From assembly GCA_951406725.2 (NCBI GenBank), contig OX597818.1, positions 2,604,001-2,668,000 of the forward strand: 64,000 nt of DNA. The letters are read 5' to 3'. The translations under genes and the position numbers were made by a program. Of the stretch, positions 54,562-64,000 are shown piece by piece (position 1 is the stretch's first letter; each line of letters starts with the position of its first letter). The DNA comes from Octopus vulgaris (taxonomy: Eukaryota). The notes below the pieces were generated by a model. The model saw only the letters and a program-made list of their open reading frames with translations, ran no database searches and had not been told where the DNA came from.

Positions 54562-57000
54562 AATTTTGGCGTAATGAGATAAAAAACCAAGGCTGTGTAG
54601 ATATTAGAACATTTATAGATAGAAGGTCTTACAGCTGTTTCCAGGATATTTATTAATTATATCCCTTCATCAAAGACGGTGTGAGAGGATGGTTAAGTCA
54701 TAGTTAGTTTAGATGTGATACAAAACAGAGAGTGAGGTGGAGGAAAGAAAATAAATGCAAGATATGCATGGATATTGAAGTTGTAAATTTATTTTTTAGA
54801 CAGAATGGTATATATGTAATATTCCAATACCCTATGAGTAAAGTCTGAAAGTCCAAATGGGTCCTTCCAAATATAGAGTTTATACACAATGTAAGACTCC
54901 CTTATGAGTGAAATCCAGCAGTTTTTAAACTTGGTCATTCCAAGTAGATAATTTATATACAGTGTCCCAGAGTCAAAGGTTTTTATTTAAAGTGACCTAA
55001 AAATAGGGAGTGTATTAGTAGGGTCAAACAGGAAGAGAGGAATGAAGAAAGAGAAAAAGAAAAGGGAAGAAAAAAAAGAGAAGAGAAAGAAAAAATGAGA
55101 GAGAAAAAAGAGAGAAGAAGAAAGTAAGAAGAAAATTAATAAAATAATAACAATATAATAAAAATAAAAACTAAAAAAACCTGAAGAGAGGGATAAAAGG
55201 AATAAAGAGAAAAGAGAAAAAAAGAAAAATGAAGATATAGATCAGTCAGTGGTCAGTGGAGATAATTTGAAAGTAGGAGTGGGGAGATGAAGGGTGAAAG
55301 AGAGAGAAAGGTATTATAATGTAAAAAGATAGAAGGAATGAGGTGGGTAAGAATTAAAGGAATGACAAATGTGTAGTAGTATAGTCTAAGTGTAGGGGCA
55401 GAGAGAGGGGTTAGTAGTATGAAGAATTAAGGAATTTATATGTTTAGCAGTTCAGTGCTTAGTAATATAAGAAAATATATATGTGAAGATGTATATACAT
55501 GTACATATCAGACATGTTACACATACAATCCTTACTCGCATGCATATGCACGTTCACTTATATGTTCATCTGCATGTATCATCGCCCCTGTATATGCAGG
55601 TATATATACCTTGCATGCATATGTATATTTACACATACCCACATATATACATATACGCATACACTCATACATATACACGCACACATGGGTGTTAGTTAGT
55701 TAGTTAGTTAGTTAATTTGGCTCAAAAGCAAATAGCAAGGCCATGTAGGGGGACATGGAGTTAAGTACAGGGTGGTGTTCATGTATGCACATACATACAA
55801 ATACAATCAGATGATTGTATATGTGAGGAACTAGATAGGGATTAGGAGTTACAATGTAGATTTATAAGGTTATTGGGATTACCTAAGGGGTATTGTGGAA
55901 ATGTACTGTATGGTCATTCTGGCATTTGGATTTGTGGTAGAATTTGAATGTGTGATAAAAGTAGTGGTTGCATGTGTTTAGTACCTCATTATGTTTATTT
56001 AGCAGTGTTGGAGAGTTGTGCTTTAATATGTGGAATGCCTCCGTCAGGCAGAGCTTGCAGGTTGAATGTTGACCTCAGTAGGGAAGTCCTGAGTCCAGTA
56101 TGGACCATGATAGGGTATATTTGCATTTTTGAGATGATGTATGTGGTTGCCAAGTGTTGTAGATTTACTATGTTTATCGTATCTAAAAGAATGGAGATGA
56201 GTGGTTGATCCTATGTATATGGCTGTAGAGTTGTGTAATAGATTAAGGGCTGTGCATTTGTAAATTACATTATATCTTCTGCAATGGGTTTGTAACGGGC
56301 AGGTGGTTCCAGGACAGCAATTACAATTATGTGAATTTTGGGGACCGTGTTCGGTAATAGAGGAGATAGTATTGTCAGAAGAAAGGTTATAGAAGGGGGT
56401 GAAAATTTCTATATTATTATTATTATTATTATCATTACTATCACTGCCACTACTACTATTGTTATTATTAATTCTGCTATTTGTAGGGGCGTTAGAGATT
56501 GTGGTGATGTTCCGGGCAGTGTCAGTAGAAAGGGTTGGGTTGTGGTTGTGGTCTAATGTAAGGGTATGTGCTGGATCTGTGTGTGTGTTGATTATTTGTA
56601 TTAGTAGAGTTGTAGTTATGTGAGTTTTGATAGTAAAGAGAGAGCTTTTGTTTATTCGAGGCTGCTACAATAGATTCAAAGTTAGGTGAGTTAGAATAAG
56701 ATAGTTTCAGGGTGGATCAATTAAAGATAGAGTGATATTTATGTTGTCGAGGGAAGTTAGAGTCTAGTATTCTAAAGAAGGATTTAGCTAAGTTCTTAAC
56801 GTTAAGTGAGAATGGAGATGTGTACCATAAAATAGAGTGACCGCCACTTTTTTTAGGGCGTCTGGGAATAGAGCTATCTAAGTCGTTAGATAAATGAGTG
56901 GTATCTATATTTCTAGGTAAGGTGTATGGGAAGCGATGCCTGTTATTGTTAGTTGTTTTATTTGTTTTCGTTTTTGACCTAGTGTTAAATGAATGTGTGT
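54560..57000 (-). mobile_element. Decayed Penelope-like element (linker, GIY-YIG, 3' region)
   Basis: ILWYTSPFSLNVKNLAKSFFRILDSNFPRQHKYHSIFN (track). Manual translation of ~56325-55965: CNCCPGTTCPLQTHC..NVIYKC..IYIGST..STTLGNHI..WSIL..CKLCLTE..LLNKHNEVLNTCNH. Confidence 0.85.
54626..54677 (-). ncRNA. Type I hammerhead (C3U) at the PLE 3' end
   Basis: GTCT TTGATGA A-GGGATAT-loop-ATATCCT-G GAAA CAGCTG TA AGAC. Confidence 0.75.
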
Positions 57001-57161
57001 GGGGTAATTGCGTGCGCAGGCAGCGTGGAAAAGGCCTTTCTAAAACGTGTCTTCGCGGTGACAAGACGTGTTCTTCACTTTATACAAAAATATTTTGAGA
57101 CATTCACTGAACGTTAATATTATTTGAATTTATCTTTAATCTGGTCATTTTAATTTGCATC

Positions 57162-58112
57162 ATGGCATCGTGTGTTATTCCGTGCGAGCTGAGTCTGTAT
57201 GACGGGATTTCAAGATTTCGGCATAAAGATGACTTGGCATTAGAATTTTTTCGAGAACATGGAGTAATACCAAGAAATGTGAATTGCCCAACGTGCAATT
57301 CACCGTGTGTTCTACGAAATGGAACAGATATATTTCGTTGCAGGAAAATGGTTCGCAGAAGAAGACAGAAGGCGACAGAATGTGGTTTTTCTGTTTCCAT
57401 ATTTAAGAACACCTTTTTGAATCGGAGTCGATTATCCCCATGGAAAATTCTTTTGTATATAAACCATTTCTTAACAGAAGGTTGGTCGCACCAAGCTGTT
57501 ATGGAGAATTTAGATATAACGCTTGCCACGTCTGTTGATTGGAGGTCTTTCTGCTCTGAAGTCTGCCTTCATTGGGTCGCAAATTCCCAAGCACCAATTG
57601 GAGGGCCAGGGATCAAAGTTGAAATAGATGAGACAGTCTTGGTTAGGAGGAAATATAACAGGGAGAGACTTGTGAAAACTATTTGGCTTTTTGGCAGAAT
57701 AGAAAGAGATTCCAAGAAAAATTTTTTGATACCCCTGACATCGGAATGTGGTGAAATTCTAAGGCGAGATTCTTCCACACTAATTCCATTAATCAGACGC
57801 CACATTCACCCTGGTTCAACTGTATATAGTGATTGTTGGCCCATATATAATAGGTTAGATAGTTTAGGTTACACACATTTTCAGATAAATCACAGCCAGA
57901 ACTTTGTAGATCCAGCAAACTCATCTATTCATACACAGACAATCGAAAGATTTTGGGGGAGCTTAAAAAGAAACGTCATAAGGGCTGGAATTAAACCGTG
58001 TTACTTAAAACAATATGTTGCTAGATACCAATTCATGCAAGCTTTCCGCCCTGCTCCCAAAAGGATCCATGAATTTTTATTGCAAGCTGCGAATTTGTAT
58101 CCTGGGCAATAA
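57162..58112 (+). CDS. Merlin / IS1595-ISXO2-like DDE transposase, 316 aa, uninterrupted
   Basis: N-terminal CPTC..C..C zinc ribbon, PIGGPGIKVEIDET, RRKYNR, WLFG..ER, PGSTVYSDCW, NHSQNFVDP, HTQTIERFW. Confidence 0.92.
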   Translation: MASCVIPCELSLYDGISRFRHKDDLALEFFREHGVIPRNVNCPTCNSPCVLRNGTDIFRCRKMVRRRRQKATECGFSVSIFKNTFLNRSRLSPWKILLYINHFLTEGWSHQAVMENLDITLATSVDWRSFCSEVCLHWVANSQAPIGGPGIKVEIDETVLVRRKYNRERLVKTIWLFGRIERDSKKNFLIPLTSECGEILRRDSSTLIPLIRRHIHPGSTVYSDCWPIYNRLDSLGYTHFQINHSQNFVDPANSSIHTQTIERFWGSLKRNVIRAGIKPCYLKQYVARYQFMQAFRPAPKRIHEFLLQAANLYPGQ

Positions 58113-58178
58113 AGATGTTCGACCAATTTCCACGAGGCTGCTGCAACAACTGACAACGTTAAAGAATTTGAAATAGAA

Positions 58179-58220
58179 GCGTGGTAGATTTGTTGAAAAT
58201 AATCAGCAAATCTACCACGC
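58179..58220. other. Strong hairpin downstream of the transposase
   Basis: GCGTGGTAGATTTGTTGA-AAATAA-TCAGCAAATCTACCACGC. Confidence 0.8.
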
Positions 58221-58337
58221 ATGTGGTAAGTACAGATTATATTTTCACAATATTATTGATTGTCACAGAATAATTATCAATTGCAACTTCAAAAATTCAA
58301 ATTCCATTACTTCAGTTTTCACTTTTTGTTTGTAAAA

Positions 58338-58369
<32 letters not shown>

Positions 58370-58371
58370 GA

Positions 58372-58734
58372 CTAGCAGTATCGCCCGGCGTTGCTCGGGT
58401 TTGTAAGGGAAATAACTATATAAGCATTTTTAGAGATGTAAAGCCATCTCAATATGGTTAACCACAAAGGGGGGGGGTTACTGTAGCTTTTTACGTTCTG
58501 AGATTTAATAATACATTTTTAGAGAGTTACTTCCCTTATGCCAAAAATGCGTTAAAAATGGGGAAAATTGATGGTAAATTTTTCTTTAAATCGTAGACGC
58601 ATCGTAGGGCTCGATATGAATCACGACTATAAGATACCCGGTTTCGGTTAAACTGCACCGCAAAATGTGGGAGTAGTTAGGAATCTAAATCGTAGGAGAC
58701 AGATAGCACACAACTTCACTTTTATATATAAAGA
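58372..58734 (-). mobile_element. Short non-autonomous Helitron
   Basis: A|TCTTTATATATAAAAG ... hairpin plus CTAG|T. Same family as 13832-14229. Confidence 0.88.
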
Positions 58735-59004
58735 TATATCCCCCTCAAGCCGGCTATTTTCATGCTAGAAATAACAGCCAAATCTCACTAAACTGCGGTA
58801 ACACAATGAAATGAATTGTGTAATGAATCTACTCACCTTTCTGCAAATATTTCTTTCGGAGTATTTTCCCCACATCAATATGAAATTAAGGTTTTTTTTT
58901 TATTATTTTATTTGAAAGTTACAAAAAAAAATATGAGTTTTGTCGAGAAGTGTGTTCGGGGAAACAGCGTTGGCAGGGTTTAGAAGAGATGTGTTCGAGA
59001 AAGA

Positions 59005-59205
59005 GTGGATGGCTGTGTGGTAAGTAGCTTCCTCACCAACCACATGGTTCCGGGTTCAGTCCCACGGCGTGGTACCTTAGTCAAGTGTCTTCTACTATAG
59101 CCTCGAGCCAGCAAAAGCCTTGTGAGTGGGTTTGGTAGACGGAACCTTTAAGAAGCCCGTCGTATATATGTATATATATGTGTGTGTGTGTGTTTGTCCA
59201 CCCAA
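59005..59205 (+). mobile_element. SINE 5' half
   Basis: Matches 46190-46375. Confidence 0.8.
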
Positions 59206-61222
59206 CAATATTTGTTGTATATACATTGCATGAGAAGTATTTAGACGGTTTCTGTTGCGCTCCTGCGACCGGGCGTTGAGGTTTATTGCTCGGATCCTCT
59301 ACGGTTGATCGTGGGAATTTTCCGAGCCCTCTCCCCACCCACCCACCCGTTTGTCAGCGCGCTTCTTTTTCGTCATATTCCTTCAATATACGATGCCTTA
59401 CACCTGTTACACATATTTTTTTCCATTTTTGCTACCTGGGCATGGATCTATATATTAACCACTCATTGAATAATGTAATCTTTGATCGTCATGGCTGGAG
59501 CGTCTTTGATTTGTTTATTCAGGGTTGACAGGGGACTAAATAACAACAAACATGAAAAATATTTGGCAACTGCGAGCAGCCTTTTTAATATTTATGTGCA
59601 AATTATGAGGGGGATAATATTAATCTGTTGATAATCTAATTAGCAAATTAAATCAAAGTTAATGTAATTAAAGTATAAAAAAACACGACCTCTTTGATTT
59701 AAAGAGAAAACTGTTTTATATGTGATATTTTTTTTCTTATTCGCTGAGGTTCCTCATTATTGAGGTTCTAGACCACATTTTTATCGTTGACCTCGACAGG
59801 AATTGAACTCGAAACGTAAAGGATCGTAACTAAATCTACTGCACTTTGCTAATTCTTTAGTTATCCCGTTTTAAGATTTCTATTTCAATTTGGGTTATTT
59901 TAAACCTTAGGAATTGTAATGGCGGGTTTTCATGGTAGTCTTCTGTTGTTTGAAATAACAGGACGAGATTTGTGTAACCACAGGTCAGTCCTATTTGAGC
60001 AGACCTGTAATCAAAGACGCGAATCGTGGCCATACCATTCTAATGTGGATTGTAAGACAACACTATCAAATGTGTTTTTCTTTTTATTTGAGACAATATG
60101 GTGCGATTTGAGGGCCGTTTGGCTGTTGTTTCTAGCATCCAGGACAACCACATACACCCCAATTCTCGTTATTCGCTATCAAATCCGACCTCTAAAGATT
60201 TAGGTGTCTCAATTATAGTATGTTAGTTTGCTTGATTGATAATATTTGAAGTTAGAAATATATTAACCCAATGAGTGGTAGGTAAGACGGTAGTGTGATT
60301 TCAGGAAAATTTTACTGTTATTTCTAGCAAGTTGGGCAACTGTCAAGGACTTACTATTAATAATTTTAATAATAAATCATAAATTTTATACAATAAAAGA
60401 AATTATGATAATACAATAGAAGGAATTCTGCATAAATGAAAAGAATTTGTACATTTTTAGAGATCAATTGGAAAGTCTTTCCGAGCATATTCCGTGCCCT
60501 TTAAAAATACATATTTTAGTATAAACATAAAAATAGATTTAATTTTTTTGCTCAGGTCTCCCTGCAATTATTATTAGAAAGAGGGAGACTTACTTGGTAA
60601 AGAGTAACTTGGAAGAAGTTCCGAACTGGAATCAGGTGGTAGTTTGTGACATTGAACTTGAGAATTAAAGATAATCCAGAAGATTATTATCAGTAACTGA
60701 GATGTCTTAAATATGTCATCAGAAGATACCATATCGATATTGGTATTTACTATGGCAAACTTTTTGTTAATAACGTAACAGCGACTAAATAATAATAATA
60801 ATTATTATTATTATTATAGTGAATTATGTATATATATTGTGTAACAACGTGTTGCTAATATAAACATTCAATTATGTGTTGTGTCTACACTAGCTACTGT
60901 TCTTTTGGGTCGTAATCATTATTGCTTTTCTATTTAGCAATGAACATAGTTTATTGTTGATGATATAGTGGTGATATTGCATTGACGTGAATAAATGAAA
61001 GCGGACAACGAGGCGACATCAAAACAAACGTTGCCAAGCACATGCTTTTGTTACCTCTCCCTCTCTCTCTTTCTTCAACACACCTATCCACTTTCTCTTC
61101 TTTACACGCGCACACACATATCTCCTTTCACACATACACCTATTGTCGCTCTCTTCTTTCACGCATACATCCATACCTACTTTTTCTCACGTAGACTTAA
61201 TGTAATTAATGTAGTAAACCAA

Positions 61223-61536
61223 GGTACTACTTAAGAAGAGTGGTCCCGGTGCGCGCACTCGCGTACTCGCGCATCCGCCTAGCTAGTCGTGACTAGTCGA
61301 TCCTTACTTTGTGTTTTTGTTTTATTCACTTTGTTTTAAAAAAATATTTACTCTGTGTTTTTGTGTTTTATTTACTTTGTTTAAAAAATTATTTACTTTG
61401 TGTAAAAAAATTATTTATTTTGTGTTTTATTTACTTTGCTAGGTAATCGTTATAGGATTGACTAGTCACGACTAGCTAGCGCAGATGCGCGAGTAAACGA
61501 GTGCGCGCACCGGGACCACTCTTCTTAAGTAGTACC
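61223..61536. mobile_element. MITE with ~80-bp TIRs and a 9-bp TSD
   Basis: GTAAACCAA|GGTACTACTTAAGAAGAGTGGTCCCGGTGCGCGCACTCG ... CGAGTGCGCGCACCGGGACCACTCTTCTTAAGTAGTACC|GTAAACCAA. Confidence 0.95.
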
Positions 61537-62059
61537 GTAAACCAAGTGAGGGGAAACTGTTTTTGACGCCCGCTTCAAAATGTAATCCAAAACAACGAAC
61601 TTCGCTGAGTGGTCCATCGTGTTTTGGGGTTATTTAAATACGTAGATTGTTGCTGTGTTGTCTACTTTTATATCACATAGAATTGCCAGTAATAAATTTT
61701 GTTTACTGGTTAGTGGTTAGTGAAACAGGAAAACGAAACTTACTTTTGTCCCTGATCAGTATTAAGTACAACTAACTTAGTACTAACTCCCTCCAACACT
61801 GACCGACTCCCTTCAGTGGGATGTTGTCATTGATTGCAGTTGTTCAACCAATTAAGAATTAAGTCTGGCCAACGTAGGATTGAAGTTGAATAAGCAAGTG
61901 ACATGTAACTCTAATAGAGAGGCCACGAATATATGTAGGTAGACCTTTAGAGAGTGGAGGCAGATGAGAGGGATTTCTGCAATAATAGATTTGAAGTCAG
62001 CCAATCTACAGTTTCATGTGGACAAAACGTTGTGGAAATAATAGCTGGTGAAGTTCGGG

Positions 62060-64000
62060 AGGTAAGATCTAGTGCTTGACTATGTTCGAATTTGAACTGA
62101 ACTGTGTCAAAGATCATAGTCACAATTCTCAAGATGATACTGGGAAAGGTGGACAGAATGAAAGGAGTTCTTTACTCCTACATAGATGACATTTTGGTGG
62201 ACAAGGCAATGGTGACAACAGCAGAAGTGATGGATAATCTGAGGAGGTTCAGGTCGGTTGCAAACCTACTAGAATCTATAGTGGGAGGGACGGCATTGGG
62301 AGTGAGGCTGAGGGGAGATAGGTCAGATGAACTGGTGTTTCAGAGAGGAAATGAAGTTCTGGACTTGAAGGATGATTTGAGTAATTGAGGTCTGTTTTCC
62401 ATGTGCAGACAACTAGGAGGAGAACAGCTCGAGTGAGTCGAGGACAGAAAGTTGGAAAGGGAACAGTTGTAATGAAGAAAGATATCTTGGAGAGAGTTAG
62501 AAAGGAGGATCCAGTGAGAAGAAATTTGGTATGCATCTGTAGCAAGACCTAGAATTAAAACCTCACAACCCTGGTAGCTGGTTCCAGTCCACACTTGAGT
62601 CAGATGATGCTCCTTGATAACTGACCAATCAGCTAGCAGAAATATGCCATACAGTAAAACATTCCATGAGTTTTTAGAAGTTCCCGCACTTTGCATGGTT
62701 ATAAAAGCCACCAGGGAACACATATTCTCACTTCTTACCAAAAACAAGCCAGTGAGCAGCCCTTTGAAGCAAAAGTAACCAGCTTTTACAATGTCAAGTT
62801 TTCCTTTGCTGAAACTCAGCCTGAAGTAAAAAGTAGTTCTTCAATTATGATGAACAAACACTATTCCTGCAATACAGAGAAGTATATTGCGAAAAACTAC
62901 AAAAACTTTTTATGTATATGTATACATGTAAATATTGCACATTAAACCAATAAGAATAAATATGTATTTAAACAACAATGGTTATGTCTATATGAAATAA
63001 CACACAGCCGTAAACAACAAACTAAAGATGTCTACTCCTATTCAACGATGACCTAACTGCCTAAGTCAGGGAGAGGTCTTGTATGGTGTGATGCTAGTAG
63101 CATAGCCATGGGAGTTGTCCTAGAAATAGGTGAAGTTGAGACAGAGGATACAGCTTAGCTAAGAAAGAAGGACAACTACCATATCAATGTAGTTAAATTG
63201 GATGCCATGTTGAAGGAAATAAATTTAGTTTAGAAGGGGGTCCAAATCTAAATTGTGCTTGGGTGAGTGAGATCCCTAATTTACCTATAAGAGAATCTGA
63301 AGAGTGATAGAGATGATTGTTGATCAAAGAATTTAACCTGCAGCTGTGAATAGTACTTGTACTCTCAGAGAAAACTGAAGAAGATGCCCTTACTGGGGTG
63401 AGGAAAATGTGGATGCCAGAGGATTTAGAGAGGGAACTGAATGCTGAATGCTGATTGGAAAATCTGGAGGATCTGAAGCTAAAGAGAAGCCATGATGTGT
63501 ATCATACAGAGATGATCAGGACAATATTTTTGACCAGAAGGGTTGACTCTGATGTTACAAAGGAGAGTGTTTGGAAGGTGGTTAAAAGTTAGAACAGGTG
63601 TCAGTCAATCAACCAAGTGTGCATGAAAGGGGAGAGACTTGAGTGAGAAGTTATTGGAAGTAGCTGGCAGTAAATGCAATGCATCCAAAGGTTGAAGCTT
63701 ATCATGACTGAAGTTATGGGCAAGTAGTTATACAGAGGGAGATTAGAGCAGAGGCTGCAGTTGAAATTATTAGACTTCTGAACAAAAGTTTTGGAGAGGG
63801 GCCAAGTGGATGAGATGCTAATGGACAAAAGCAGTGTTTTGTTCAGAGTCACTGAGAGAGATGGTGGAAGACCAAGCTGTATTTTAAAACTACATACAGG
63901 CTAAGTAGAAATGGAATCATAGAAAGATGCCATTGAACAATCAAACTATAACCAAAAGAGGACATATCTCCCAGAAGGAGGTATTATTCTGGTGCAACAT
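62060..64000 (+). pseudogene. Highly decayed LTR-retrotransposon pol (RT, RNase H, integrase order; Gypsy-like)
   Basis: YSYIDDILV (track). Manual translation: VWCDASSIAMGVVLEIG and HINVVKLDA at ~63080-63210, NGIIERCH.TIK at ~63910-63945. Probably interrupted at ~62540-63060. Confidence 0.7.

Noticed and set aside
60541-60600. Possible + strand exon after TTTTTTTGCTCAG
   Set aside because: Splice-like signals only, with no recognisable coding content.
62540-63060. Insertion in the LTR pol relic as a solo LTR
   Set aside because: No clear TG...CA ends or TSD could be established.

Overview
Eukaryotic, very AT-rich window dense in microsatellites and composed almost entirely of nested mobile elements. 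No host gene is convincingly supported, and most ORFs in the track are (TA)n/(CA)n translation noise. The SINE/RTE/microsatellite landscape resembles an octopus genome (my inference, not verified). Conventional content: a near-intact CR1/L2-like LINE (16131-20032) whose empty site is also present at 27036, a 5'-truncated CR1-like LINE, RTE fragments, three Penelope-like (PLE) fragments, non-autonomous Helitrons (two carrying a piggyBac derivative), mariner and pogo relics, an intact Merlin/ISXO2-type transposase ORF, a MITE with a 9-bp TSD, tRNA-derived SINEs and a decayed LTR-type pol. The most striking signal is self-cleaving RNA, in three forms. (1) A ~5-kb, head-to-head array of a 359-bp unit, each copy carrying a Schistosoma-like type I hammerhead with a non-canonical core (candidate retrozyme). 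(2) Several PLE-type minimal hammerheads, including a U3-A8 covariant. (3) Two sequence-unrelated repeat families with all hammerhead core nucleotides in a non-circularly permuted order (scissile strand, GAAA, CUGANGA) inside the same six-helix pseudoknotted frame. All RNA structures were paired by eye and none has been tested.
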